64,000 bases of DNA. Source: the human T2T-CHM13v2.0 reference genome, Homo sapiens. Position numbers and translations under genes: made by a program. The DNA lies in assembly GCF_009914755.1 (NCBI RefSeq), contig NC_060940.1. One strand, given 5' to 3'. The notes below the pieces were generated by a model that was given only the letters and a program-made list of their open reading frames with translations, was not told the origin of the DNA and searched no databases. Of this stretch, positions 34,581 to 56,568 are shown in pieces; the stretch's first letter is position 1; the number at the start of each line of letters is the position of its first letter.

Positions 34581-35224
34581 AAGAATATGCAGTTGATGTG
34601 GGAGATGGGGAGAAGGAGAAGAACAAAGTTTGTGGTCAGTACGTGTGCACTTCACAGCTTGACATTCTGGAGGAACTAAACATCTTAAGCACACCAAACT
34701 CTAAGGTGTCCACCATTTGCCTATGAGGTCTACAAAGGCGGGATTTGAGATGTACCTTTTAGTTGCTGGATGGCAGGGAGACCAGAGGAGGGCCCAGGGC
34801 AGCCGAAGGGCACTCGGGGCAGGGGCTATGGACCCAACAGGCACAGGAGTATTTCAGTATCTTAACTGCTGAAACAGCTGAATGACTGCATGTCAGCTTT
34901 GAGGGTGAACATATCTGATTCATCTCTTACCCTAGGGTGCAGCACAGGGCTTAGCAGAGTGGACACTCAATAGATGTTTGCAGAATGAATGAATGAACGA
35001 CGAATGAATGGATCATACCAATGAGTGGTAGAGGAAAGTGGAGACAAGACAAAGGGAAGTGAGCTAAACATCCTGAGAGTGTGAGCCGGACGCTGGAGTT
35101 GTTAAAATGGGCAAAGGGTGGGGGGGAAGCTTGTGAGCCAGCTGTCAAAGGTGCTGAGTGAGATCTTGAGAGAGATCCCTGGAGGTCACTACCTGTATCT
35201 GCAGACAGGTAAACCTTCAGATCA

Positions 35225-35812
<588 letters not shown>

Positions 35813-36347
35813 AAAAGGCTGCTAAGATATGCACCAAATTAGATGCAGGTATGCTCTTATAAGCACACCGAGGAGGTGGGCTGGGAGGGAAGAACCTCCT
35901 TCAGTGGTGTGATATTCAGGGTCCTTTCCTGGAAAAAGACAGGGTTGGTTAATGTCAGGGGTACTGGGGCAAGGCACGTATCGGGGAGGAGACTGGAGCC
36001 TGTACACAAAGAACTACACCCAGGGGTTAATTCCTGAGATCTCAGTGATGGATATGGGCCTAGGGCAGGAAAGGCCAACTGGGCCACGTCAGAGATAAGA
36101 GTTGGAGGAATAAGTGCAGGTGTTTGCAATGGGCTAATAAAGACAGGAGGATAAGTCCAGGACTTAATGTGAGGGCTGAGCAAGCAGAAATAAATTCATG
36201 GAGGAGATCAAAAGTCCCACCATTTGAACAAAAATGTTGCCTAAGCTACTTCTGGTGTCTTACGCATCTTTGCTGAAGTGCTGGGTCTAGTCTGAAGTCA
36301 GCTTGGGGAAGGTGGGAGTTTTGCTGGGTGAAGAAAGAAAGAAACTA

Positions 36348-36841
<494 letters not shown>

Positions 36842-37182
36842 TTACCTGGGGCCTCCGAATTCAACCATGACCCTTGCCCTAGATGCTGGCCTGGAGGGCG
36901 GGCTCCACCTGACTCTTGTTTGTCCTGGGTCCAAACCTGGTCAGCCAGGGAGAGCCATAAACCTGGCATGCTCTAGGGCAAAAGCAAGTATTTACTGTTG
37001 GAGAGACAACCAAATCAGGTAGATGCCTCCCATCTACCCGTCCTCTCCAGGATCTAAGTCCTTTGTTGGAGTAATCAGTGAAAGTTTCCTATGTGTGGTG
37101 GAGGTGATTTTATTTGCCTTCCTCCCACTCTTGGAAGAAAGGCTGGGGAGTAGCACTCAGAACAGGGAAGCCCAAGCAGGGT

Positions 37183-37207
37183 CTTTTTTTTTTTTTCTTT
37201 TTTCTTT

Positions 37208-37275
<68 letters not shown>

Positions 37276-37280
37276 TTTTT

Positions 37281-37324
<44 letters not shown>

Positions 37325-37392
37325 TTCTTTCTTTCTGTCTCTTTCTTTCCTTTTCTTTCTTTCTCTTTCTTTCTTTCTCTTTTCTTATTTTA
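37183..37392. repeat. (TTTC)n pyrimidine microsatellite, the expanded tail of an antisense Alu monomer
   Basis: About 200 nt of tttc/ttttc repeats adjoining an Alu arm at 37400-37516. Confidence 0.95.
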
Positions 37393-37524
37393 TTAAAAAA
37401 GAGAGAGAGATGGGGTCTCACGCCCAGGCTGGTCTTGGACTCCTGGCCTTGAGCGATCCTCCAGCTTCAGCCTCCCAAAGTGCTGGGATTATAGGCATGA
37501 GCCACTGTGCCAGGCCAAGGTCTT

Positions 37525-38420
<896 letters not shown>

Positions 38421-38635
38421 TCTGGGTACACTGTAAAACTTTCTAAGGGCTGAGTTTTACTATCAGACCTATTGTTCTGCTGCCACAGCTTGGCCCCCGT
38501 TGTCAGTCTTGACTGGTCTTACCCTCTGGTGTCTCCTATTCAAGAGACACTTTGAGGTTCTCAAAAACTAGCTCTGTTTTCATTTTCTTCCATTTAAAAA
38601 CTGTGTATAACAAACACCTTTAAGAATCAGGTAGC

Positions 38636-42599
<3,964 letters not shown>

Positions 42600-42745
42600 G
42601 GTCAGAGCCTTCTCAGCCGACCAAAACCACTTGCAGAAAGCTGAGTGTGGGGACAATTTATTTCCAAAGCCCTCAACCTCTCATCTTAATATAAAGACAG
42701 CTGAGAAAGAAATCACCCTGTATTGTGTGTTATATTAAGATTGAC

Positions 42746-45432
<2,687 letters not shown>

Positions 45433-46278
45433 CCACCAACCAGACCAGGCTCCTCCTGTTACCTTCCTGACCTTGACAAGCTCCTGACAACACCTGAAAA
45501 AACAGATGTCCCAAGGGGGTTGGAACAAGGAGGGAGCCGGGGCAATGTCAGTTTTGTTTTTCAAGCCTTTTTTTTTTTTTTTTTTTTCCTACAGAGGAGG
45601 AGGAGGGAACGCCTACAATAAAGAGGCCTTTATGGTCCCACTTCAGGAATCGGAGAACCCCGCCCTCCTCGTCTCAGCCCCAATTTAACGGGTGCATGTG
45701 TGAGTATCTTATAAAGTGACGCGTTTTGAGGGGGACTCCAGTGTGAGCAGGACTGTGGCTGACTTGTCAATCATCATTAGGGTGATGTCCCAAACGTTCA
45801 AGTCTGAGGCCCAGGGAAATTGGCAACAGCTGCCTGGATGCCTCCATCCTCCCAGCCCAAGGAAAATCTGGCCTTGCTCCTTCGTTGTCTTTCTTAGGAG
45901 CACGTGGAGTTCTCCTAGGTGGGCTTGCACTCGGGGTCGCCCAGCCGTTCTTTGAGGGTTCGAGTGGGTAGGCTTCCCCTGTAGGACGGGCTTCCCCGTA
46001 GGTTTCCACGTGGGGCCACAGAGGCAGGAAAAGGGGAAGTGGGCACTGACACCTGGGGTGAAAAAGGGTGGGGGTGCGGCTTTGTGAGGAAAGAATTTGC
46101 AGAGACTGCTAAACTGGGGTCTGCTAGGATACCCCACTCCCCACCCCCTGCCTCGGGCGCCCTCAGCCACCCGAGCTGGGGGCCTCGCAGGTCTCAGACC
46201 AAGCTCCCCGCGCGGCCTGCAGCGCACCCAAACATGGCCACCGAACCCGGGTTCCCGGGGCACAGCCGCGCCTCTGGG

Positions 46279-46304
46279 TGACGCAGACGCGGCGGGTTGC
46301 ATCA
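46279..46304 (+). promoter_or_regulatory. HERPUD1: CRE-like site (TGACGCA) and C/EBP-ATF composite site/AARE (GTTGCATCA)
   Basis: TGACGCA at 46279-46285; GTTGCATCA (reverse TGATGCAAC, ATF4 CARE consensus) at 46296-46304. Confidence 0.8.
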
Positions 46305-46355
46305 GCCCGTGCCCACGTGCTCGGTCCGCCCTCTGCCACCCGGATCCGGACGCCG

Positions 46356-46366
46356 ATTGGGCCACG
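46356..46366 (+). promoter_or_regulatory. HERPUD1: ERSE-II (ATTGG-N-CCACG)
   Basis: ATTGGGCCACG, an exact ERSE-II consensus; this element was originally defined in the Herp promoter. Confidence 0.92.
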
Positions 46367-46389
46367 TTGGGAGAGTGCCTCCGCCTCAG

Positions 46390-46408
46390 CCAATGGGCGG
46401 CAGCCACA
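46390..46408 (+). promoter_or_regulatory. HERPUD1: ERSE-I (CCAAT-N9-CCACA)
   Basis: CCAAT gggcggcag CCACA, the NF-Y/ATF6 element with exact 9-nt GC-rich spacer. Confidence 0.9.
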
Positions 46409-46443
46409 GAGCGTTCTGTCCGCAGAGCCGGGCGCGGGGCTTC

Positions 46444-46450
46444 TATAAAA
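46444..46450 (+). promoter_or_regulatory. HERPUD1: TATA box
   Basis: TATAAAA about 130 nt upstream of the ATG in an otherwise GC-rich promoter. Confidence 0.85.
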
Positions 46451-46575
46451 GGCGCCCGAAGCGGGGGCGCGCGCCCCAGAGACGTGAACTGTCGTTGCAG
46501 AGATTGCGGGCGGCTGAGACGCCGCCTGCCTGGCACCTAGGAGCGCAGCGGAGCCCCGACACCGCCGCCGCCGCC

Positions 46576-46722
46576 ATGGAGTCCGAGACCGAACCCGAGC
46601 CCGTCACGCTCCTGGTGAAGAGCCCCAACCAGCGCCACCGCGACTTGGAGCTGAGTGGCGACCGCGGCTGGAGTGTGGGCCACCTCAAGGCCCACCTGAG
46701 CCGCGTCTACCCCGAGCGTCCG
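46576..46722 (+). CDS. HERPUD1: HERPUD1 exon 1, coding part (UBL domain start)
   Basis: Strong Kozak gccgccATGG; MESETEPEPVTLLVKSPNQRHRDLELSGDRGWSVGHLKAHLSRVYPERP |gtgaga; 147 nt. Confidence 0.97.
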
Positions 46723-49034
46723 GTGAGAGCGGCCCCGACTTCCCGCCCCTAGGCTGTGGCCCCCCGCCCTCTGCTGGGGATGCCACGTCCGGCTGCCCTG
46801 TCCTGTGGCCTCCTCCCGCTGACGGCTGCGATCGCTCGGCCGGTCACCTCCCCCAGGGCTGTGGTCTCCCCTTCCCTGCCCCGCCGACGCGGGCGCCCCT
46901 CTGTTGCCCAGTAGCCGTCAGTAATCAGCAGCCTGACCTTGGGCGAGTCATTTCACCCTCCAAGCCTGTTTCTCCCCCAGCGGCCAGGCAACTCGGTGTT
47001 CCTAATTGGGCTTGCATCCAATGGCTAGAAGTAAGAAAACATCCGTGCTGCAAAATGAGGTTTCTGAACGCAGCCTCTCTGCAGGGAGAGGAGCGGGCAG
47101 GTGCCACCCGGGGCCGTGGCTTGAGAAACCTGGGGACCGCCCAGACACTGTGGACGGAAGGCCCCACACCCAGAAGCAGGACGTGGCTCTTCTCCTCCCT
47201 GGCCACCTTCCGCCGTGCCCCTCCCTGTCGCACTGGACCGAGCAGCCATTGCCGAGTCCCGGGGTGGAGCCCCGTGCACTTTCTGACCAAGAGCGACTGA
47301 GAAGGGAAGCAGGCAGGAGTCGCCTTCAGTCTGGTTTTAGGACGGCAGCCTCTCCATTATTAGCAAGACTTCCTTGCTTTGTTTTGGTTGACACATCTGT
47401 CAACATCACCCTTAGCACCGCCTGCCCTGGCCACCACGTGATGAGGCTGTAAGCTGGCCCTTCCTGTATTTACTTTCTGCTCTGATATTATGTAAGTGTC
47501 AGCAGTGTTCTTCACTGCCCACGAGCATAATTCTTCATCACACAGGAGAGGGCATCCGGGCAGGAAAAGATAGTGAAGTCGTGAGTTCCAGCTTGTGGTA
47601 GCGCCTGTGTCTGTTTTTGTTTCATATGGTCAAGAATGTTTTAGAAGTGAGTTTTCCTTCTGAGTTGTTATTTTGAAATTTGCATATTTATTTAGTAAGC
47701 TTGCATTCCATGTCCTCTAGAATTCACCCTGGCACATTTTTCAGTTTCACCATAGCTGCTTCCAAGAAACTGGGTGGCTGTGTTGCCATGAGAATGACTA
47801 TTGGGTACACAAATTGGTGAAGCAGGTGTAGCCTATGGTTGCATCATATGGCAAAAGGCAGGATTTTGGCGGAGGATTTTTAAGGTCTTCCTTTGATGAG
47901 GAATGCCGCTCCCATCTGTTCAGTCTGAAGACCTAACATTGTAAACAAATACCTCTCAGGTATACAAATTTGTGTCTAAAAATTATTATGGCTGAAACAT
48001 ACTTATCATTTGTTTTCTGTAGTAGAAAATGGCATAATATGAGAAGGCCTACTTTGTAATAGTTGTTTGCTTTACTTAATATTTTTCAAATCAGCCATCT
48101 GTGTGAAGACTCAATATCAAGTTAGGCCTTTAAAAGGGGGAAAATAATTCAAAACCACTGGCAGCTGTGGTTTTCCGGCCTTTTCTATTGGTTGAACTCT
48201 GTAATAAATGCAGGACCCTACATATACAAAAGGTACTGTTTTCCAAATTCACGTATGTATTAGCATTTACCTTTAAAGTTCTCATCCGTCAGAAAAACGG
48301 TGAACACAGCATTCAGTATATTTATTTTGGTTTAGTTACACAGTGTCAAAAAGTTCTGATGTATATGGATAAGTAGATGCACTTTTTGCTGTTTTGTTTG
48401 TTTAAACAGCTTGCTTTAATTATCTCAAGCTACTTGGCAGGAACACCTTTATTCCAGGTTTCGCATAATCAGTTATTCTGGCAAGAGTAGATTAACACGT
48501 TAGTGATCTCCAATAGACAGATTATATGTTAATATTATTTGAGGCCATTATTTTTAAGTACAATTTAGACGGAGTTTCAAATAGATTTTAAAAATGAGAT
48601 TTGTATAAAAGAGTGTGCAGTCCCTATGGTGTTAAAATCACTGATATGGAGGAGAAGAGGGGTTGGAATTGTGACACTGTGGCAGCAGATGACCTTGGAC
48701 AAGTCAGTTTTTCAGACTTTCCTCCCTTAAAATAGGGATACTAAATCTCACAGGGTGGTTGTGTATAATGTCACCCACACGCCATCTCCTCTATAACTGC
48801 ATTTGTATGCCAGGAAATTGTCTGTGAAGGCTTCAGTTTAGAATAGCTTCATATTATTTTGGGGCACTGCTGGGTGATTTTGGTTAAGGCTGGCCTTGGG
48901 AGTTCTCTGAGTTTTCTCTGAAACCAAACTCAATTTGGTTGTAGGTTCCCTGTTTGCTGTTTGTTGCTTTTAGTAATAGGAGTCAGTCAGTTTACCTGGG
49001 AGTTAAGTTTGGACTGGAGATAATTTGCCATTCT

Positions 49035-49342
<308 letters not shown>

Positions 49343-49565
49343 GATAATTTGCCATTCTGTATTTATTTGCGTGTTAGAGACCAGTTAAAGTTAAGACACT
49401 TTCTAAATAGAAGTCTTGTATATGGGGCTTTTGAGAAAGTGTTTTCCCGTGATGCTGGGGGGAAACACACATATTCAAATTACTTGTATAAAACAGTTTA
49501 TTCTGTGTTTAGGAACTTGTAGGGGTGAAATGCTGACCTGTGTTACTCTTTCTTTCCATGATCAG

Positions 49566-49643
49566 CGTCCAGAGGACCAGAGGTTAATTTATTCTGGGAA
49601 GCTGTTGTTGGATCACCAATGTCTCAGGGACTTGCTTCCAAAG
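49566..49643 (+). CDS. HERPUD1: HERPUD1 exon 2
   Basis: atcag| RPEDQRLIYSGKLLLDHQCLRDLLPK |gtacat; UBL motif QRLIYSGKLL; 78 nt. Confidence 0.97.
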
Positions 49644-49731
49644 GTACATCACTTACACATTAACTTCTGAATGTTTTTAAGCACTCACCAGGTTAGGTTC
49701 AGGTCCTTAAGTACCTTCGTATTACTTTTAG

Positions 49732-49806
49732 CAGGAAAAACGGCATGTTTTGCATCTGGTGTGCAATGTGAAGAGTCCTTCAAAAATGCCAGAAATCAAC
49801 GCCAAG
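49732..49806 (+). CDS. HERPUD1: HERPUD1 exon 3 (NAGNAG alternative start 49735)
   Basis: tttag|cag| QEKRHVLHLVCNVKSPSKMPEINAK |gtgtgt; 75 nt. Confidence 0.95.
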
Positions 49807-50257
49807 GTGTGTCTGCCTCTTCATGATGGTAACAATTTGTATCATTCAGACTTTCAGGGGAGTAATAAAAGAAGTTGGATAAAACGTTTATTGAGAGACT
49901 GTATGGTGTTATTACCAAGTAATATTTTGTTTCTTTCCTAGGAATTAGAAACTGTATTATCAACACAAAGTGATGAGTTAATAGTAGCAGATTGTTCCGT
50001 TAGTGCTGTAGTAGAAAGGTGGAGTTACATATTGCACTATCTTATGGGATATGATTTGATCTATGGTTACTGTGTATCTAGATTACTGAACTAACACTAA
50101 TCGGGTTTTTATTGAATTTAGCACATAGCAAGTTTCTTCAAAGGAGTCACTAATTTTTATAAAGAGTACAAAAGTGAATATATTTCCTTTGGAAATTTTC
50201 ATTGTGATTAGTTGGATAGGAAAAGATCAGAGTTTTTATCAAGTGATCTTTAAAGAA

Positions 50258-50383
50258 TTTTTTTTTTTTAAAAATGGTCTCGCTGTGTGGCCCAGGCTTT
50301 TCTCAAACTCCTGAGGGCAAGCGATCCTCCCACCTCAGCCTCCTGAGTAGCTGGGACTACAGGCATGTGCCACTAGACCTGGC
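50258..50383 (-). mobile_element. Alu monomer in HERPUD1 intron 3
   Basis: poly-T plus tggtctcgctgtgtggcccaggc..cctcagcctcctgagtagctgggactacagg. Confidence 0.8.
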
Positions 50384-51017
50384 TCTAAAGACATATATGA
50401 CACACGAAACCATTTATTTTTCATTTCACAATGTTTATTCACATATATGGTATTAGTATTCTAATGTAGTGATGCACTCTAAATTTGCATTATATTTCCT
50501 AGAACATCTGAACAGAGCATAGGAAATTCCCTATTTTGCCATTATCAGTTCTAACAAAAATCTTAAAAGCACTTTATCATTTCATTTCCCTGCACTGTAA
50601 TTTTTTTAAATGATCAAAAACAGTATCATACCAAGGCTTACTTATATTGGAATACTATTTTAGAAAGTTGTGGGCTGGGTTGTATTTATAAATCTTGTTG
50701 GTCAGATGTCTGCAATGAGTAAATTTAGCACCATTATCAGGAAGCTTTCTCACCAATGACAACTTCATTGGAAGATTTTAATGAAAGTGTAGCATACTCT
50801 AGGGAAAAAATATGAATATTTTAGCATCTATGTATTGAAAATTATGTTGAATAAATGTCAGACTATTTTTTACATAACGTTGCTTCTGTTTAATTTTGTC
50901 ACGTTCAGAGGTGGGGGGTAGGAGATGTAAGCCCTTGACAGCAAAATAATTCCTTTTGCTTGATTTCAGACAGTTGCATCAGCTCCTTTGTTCTGTGTTC
51001 ATGTTACACTTATTTAG

Positions 51018-51148
51018 GTGGCTGAATCCACAGAGGAGCCTGCTGGTTCTAATCGGGGACAGTATCCTGAGGATTCCTCAAGTGATGGTTTAAGGCAAAG
51101 GGAAGTTCTTCGGAACCTTTCTTCCCCTGGATGGGAAAACATCTCAAG
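51018..51148 (+). CDS. HERPUD1: HERPUD1 exon 4
   Basis: tttag| VAESTEEPAGSNRGQYPEDSSSDGLRQREVLRNLSSPGWENIS(R) |gtgagt; 131 nt. Confidence 0.96.
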
Positions 51149-52578
51149 GTGAGTGTTATAATAAAGATCTTGGCTTATGCAACATGAATGTTCCTCGTTT
51201 GCATCAATTTAAGAATAAGGTATGTTTACACGTATATAATCAGAACTTTTAAACATACAGAATTTTGCTTTATAAATAGCTTCGCTTTAAAGATCTCTTA
51301 TATATTTAACTTTTCTTAATACACAGCCTTTTAGTACACACAAATTTAAAAAGTAGGTAATGCATATATTGAAAAAAAAAAGAAAATGTAGGCGTTTTAT
51401 CCTTCCATTGTGCTGACCGCTTGGTTGCCGTCATGATAGGAAATTAGTGCTGCTGCAGGAGAAAACAGCTGTCGTAAGCATTGTGCAGCTGCTTTGCTGA
51501 GTGGCTTTGTGCTTTATTGTAACAATGGGTGACAACAAGGGAGAGACTGTTTAAGAAGTGTCCTTCCAAAGACTTGGGGGTACTAGGAAAATTGGCCAAT
51601 TTCTTATAACTATTAAAGCTTTTCTTTAGAGCAAAAGTCAGAACTAAATGCTCTGTTATTTGGATTTTTATAGCTCTTGGAATACATTGTTTTTGGGGAA
51701 AAATTCATTAACTGCAAGTTGCAATTCTGTAACTCTCCAATTCTCCGTCCCCCTTTTTCTAGTACTTTTTATACACAATATTTTATAAAGCCAGGTGTTT
51801 TAGGAATGAGTTTTTCTTCCTTTTCCCCCTTAATGGAACTTTCAAATATACACAACAGTGGGGACTGGATAATTAATCCCCACACCATCACCCAGGCCTA
51901 ATAAATAACAATCAGAGTTTTACCATAGCTCATCTATTACCCTTTCCCTTTTTTTTAAAAAAAGAGTATTTAAAAGTAATTCCCAGGCATCATGTTATTT
52001 CATCCCTATATTCTTCAGTATATAACTATGAAAACCTTTTAGTTATCTTGTATATCTAGAATGCCATTATCAGATCTAACAGAAATCTTAAAAGCACTTT
52101 ATCATTTTATTTCCATGCACTGTAATTTTCTTAAATGATCAAAAACAGCATCATACCAAAGCTTACTTGTATTGGAATACTATTTTAGAAATACTCTGTG
52201 TATGGAATTTAGTTAAAAGATTGTCAGCATATAAATTGGATAATTATTGGATAGAAAATTATTGGTTAGAAAAACTTAAAACTACTTCCCTTATTCTGAT
52301 TCAACTATTCTTAACTTGAGAATTGAGGCTCATATTTGACTCTCTGAATCTCACCATATTTAAACTTGATTTCCTTTAACAAATATTTATTGAACAGCCA
52401 GTACATACAACTTTGCTTAAGGATATGAGTTGACCTGCAGGAATGACCACATAACCAATTTCTGATCTTTGGGCAATTCTATTATGGTTTCAATTTTGTG
52501 ATGTGCTACTGAAGAAATTGACTGTGTAAGAAGCACAAAGCCAAAGATGACTCGCATACACCTGCCCTGTGAAGTTGA

Positions 52579-52925
<347 letters not shown>

Positions 52926-53567
52926 TCAGACCAGCTCTGAAATCCAGCCCTGCTACTTACTAGCTCAGTGACCTTGTGCAAAGCCCCTGTCTTCCCTGAG
53001 CTGTACTTGGGTTCCCCTTGTAAAATCTCCTTCATGAGATTGCTGTGGACCCAGCAGCCTGTACAGGACCCCCGGTGGTCAGTAAGCATGCACAGGTGAT
53101 ACCACATGCACACTTCACTATAGATTCAGATGGAGGATGGAGGAAGAAGTGGATATTGGGAGGATGGGAGAGATTTCCTTCAGGAAAGACTGGGAGAAAT
53201 GTGGCTTTTGAGCTGCTCTCTAAAAGATGAACAGTGGGTTGAGACCTGCAGTGAGACTCAACAAGTCAAAACTGAGGTGGGATCTACTTAACCCAAAAAG
53301 GTTGTTTATATATCTGTGCACTCAGCAAGCAGGTGGCAAGGGCTGTTGTTTTCCTGTGGGATGGGACTGTGGTAGAAGTGCTGTGTCATTTAGTACCTTC
53401 TGTGCTTGTGGTACATGGGTGCGTCATACAGTCATTTACCATGTAACTGCCGTAAATTCCATTCTTCTGTCTCTTCGATTTGAATTCTTGATTTTAATTT
53501 AAACTTAGTTTTCATTTGTTCATACTCAACCCACTCAAAATGAGTGTTTTTTCAAATCTATGTATAG

Positions 53568-53690
53568 GCCTGAAGCTGCCCAGCAGGCATTCCAAGGCCT
53601 GGGTCCTGGTTTCTCCGGTTACACACCCTATGGGTGGCTTCAGCTTTCCTGGTTCCAGCAGATATATGCACGACAGTACTACATGCAATA
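53568..53690 (+). CDS. HERPUD1: HERPUD1 exon 5
   Basis: tatag| PEAAQQAFQGLGPGFSGYTPYGWLQLSWFQQIYARQYYMQ(Y) |gtgagt; 123 nt. Confidence 0.96.
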
Positions 53691-54225
53691 GTGAGTCCTT
53701 CCCGCCATGCTGGGTGTGGCCAGGGCTCCCGGGAATTGAAGGGAATTTTATCCATGTTACCTGTAAAGTTCAGAATGGAGGGATGAGTGTATTTTCATCA
53801 GTCTGCAGAGCCCTGCTCTGTTTGGTCTGTGGGTAGAGTGTAAATGACAGCTGCTACCTGATTTGTGTATTGACACAAGGGTGCTTTTGTCTGATACATA
53901 GTTTAGTGACTTTATTTAGAACATGTTACTTTCTTTTCAATTTGTGCTATCTTCAAAGTTTTGTGAGGATTTTAATTTGCTACTGTGCCATAATCTTACA
54001 GTGGGCTTGATGTTTAATTTCAGGTGAAATTCACCTTGTGGCTTTTCTTAGAAAAGGCATTTATAGATATAGTTAGTAAGGAAGTTCTTCACTAAATTGA
54101 AGAAAAATCAAAGGCATATCTACCTACTTGAAATTCTTAACAGTAAAAGACTGCTGTGTAAATAAGCCACAGACTTCACGGTGCTTTGGTCTCAACAGTA
54201 TCTGCCTCTGTCGTTTTTATTTTAG

Positions 54226-54576
54226 TTTAGCAGCCACTGCTGCATCAGGGGCTTTTGTTCCACCACCAAGTGCACAAGAGATACCTGTGGTCTCTGCACC
54301 TGCTCCAGCCCCTATTCACAACCAGTTTCCAGCTGAAAACCAGCCTGCCAATCAGAATGCTGCTCCTCAAGTGGTTGTTAATCCTGGAGCCAATCAAAAT
54401 TTGCGGATGAATGCACAAGGTGGCCCTATTGTGGAAGAAGATGATGAAATAAATCGAGATTGGTTGGATTGGACCTATTCAGCAGCTACATTTTCTGTTT
54501 TTCTCAGTATCCTCTACTTCTACTCCTCCCTGAGCAGATTCCTCATGGTCATGGGGGCCACCGTTGTTATGTACCT
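54226..54576 (+). CDS. HERPUD1: HERPUD1 exon 6 (includes hydrophobic membrane segment)
   Basis: tttag| LAATAASGAFVPPP...NRDWLDWTYSAATFSVFLSILYFYSSLSRFLMVMGATVVMY(L) |gtaagc; 351 nt. Confidence 0.96.
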
Positions 54577-54639
54577 GTAAGCAGATGGTTTCTCTAATAT
54601 AAATTACACTACACTGTGTTCACACTAAGCAGATTTTGC

Positions 54640-55384
<745 letters not shown>

Positions 55385-55630
55385 TTAATATAAGAATATT
55401 ATCTTGTCCTCTAGATAAGCTACCTTACCTTCCAGGCTCACAAACCACAAGTATGTAGCCATACTGAGGCATGGAACAGAAAACTGTATTTGTTTTGAAT
55501 GAGAACACATTTGCCTTTATCAGACCACAGCTGCCTTCCAGGGTAAAGTCAGGCACTGACTGTTAGCATGGCCCTGAAAGGCAAGGGAACCTTCACATAC
55601 CTGACATTTGGTTTTAGCTGTGGCCCGAAG

Positions 55631-55848
55631 CAGTAGTTCTCAACTGGGGGTGGTTTTGTACCCTCTCTCCCCAGGGGACATTTGGCAATGTGTAGATATT
55701 TTTGGTTGTCACATCTAGGGGAAGTGGTCCTGCTGGCGTCTAGTTAGTAGAAGCAAGAGTGCTGCTGAATTTTCTACAATGCACAGGACAACTCCCACAG
55801 TAAATATTTGGCTCAATATGTCACTAGTGCCAAAGCTGAGAAAGCCTG
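55631..55848. mobile_element. MER20-like hAT DNA transposon
   Basis: cagtagttctcaactggggg..ggggacatttggcaatgt..tttttggttgtcac..acaatgcacaggaca..gctgagaaagcctg. Confidence 0.8.
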
Positions 55849-56462
55849 GCCTAGAGTGATGGGTCTTCGTGGTTGAAACTAAAAGAAGAAATTTTCCTGT
55901 ATAGTAAAAATGGATTTTTATTTTAGCTTTTAAAAATAAAAAAGGAATAATTAGAATATAATGAACACTCAAATATCCACAATTAGTCATTGTTAATATT
56001 TTATTATATTTAAGACTTGGGATTTAATTGGTTTCTTCAAATAAAACGTTTAGTTAATATTTTCTGTAGTCTCTAGAATCATATATTTAAAAGACCAAAT
56101 GTAGGTTGTCATTATGTTATATATAATTATAGCTTTGTAGGTATATGCATTCTCCCCGCTCTGTTCAGGTTTTCAAGGGTAAGGTTTAGTTCGTCATAAG
56201 CATTTATTGAGTGCATACTATGTGCCAGGTGCTGTTTATATGGCTGGGTGTGCAATGATGAATAAAACACAGTCCCTGCCTTCAAGGACCTTACAGACTG
56301 GTGAGAATGTCTGGGAGACAGTGTGATCAAATGCCTCTGTAGATGGGTCTTGCAGTGAGCTTATCAGGGTGCTGCTGTGATTAGAGGTGGGGAGCCTTGG
56401 ATTCTTGAGTAAGTCTCACTGTGACATCAGCTAAGATGGACTTTTATGTGCTTCCTTTGAAG

Positions 56463-56568
56463 GCATCACGTTGGGTGGTTTCCATTTAGACCGAGGCCGG
56501 TTCAGAACTTCCCAAATGATGGTCCTCCTCCTGACGTTGTAAATCAGGACCCCAACAATAACTTACAG
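56463..56568 (+). CDS. HERPUD1: HERPUD1 exon 7
   Basis: tttgaag| HHVGWFPFRPRPVQNFPNDGPPPDVVNQDPNNNLQ |gtatgg; 106 nt. Confidence 0.96.

Larger units (their letters stand above)
46140..47350. promoter_or_regulatory. HERPUD1: CpG island over the HERPUD1 promoter and exon 1
   Basis: Dense CpG and high GC compared with CpG-poor flanks; limits approximate. Confidence 0.85.

Noticed and set aside
45968-46007. Short ggcttcccc repeat as NF-kB sites
   Set aside because: Does not fit GGGRNYYYCC well; cannot be supported from sequence alone
45709-46536. 275-aa minus-strand ORF across the HERPUD1 promoter
   Set aside because: GTG start, Arg/Pro/Gly-rich translation typical of stop-poor CpG islands; no domain
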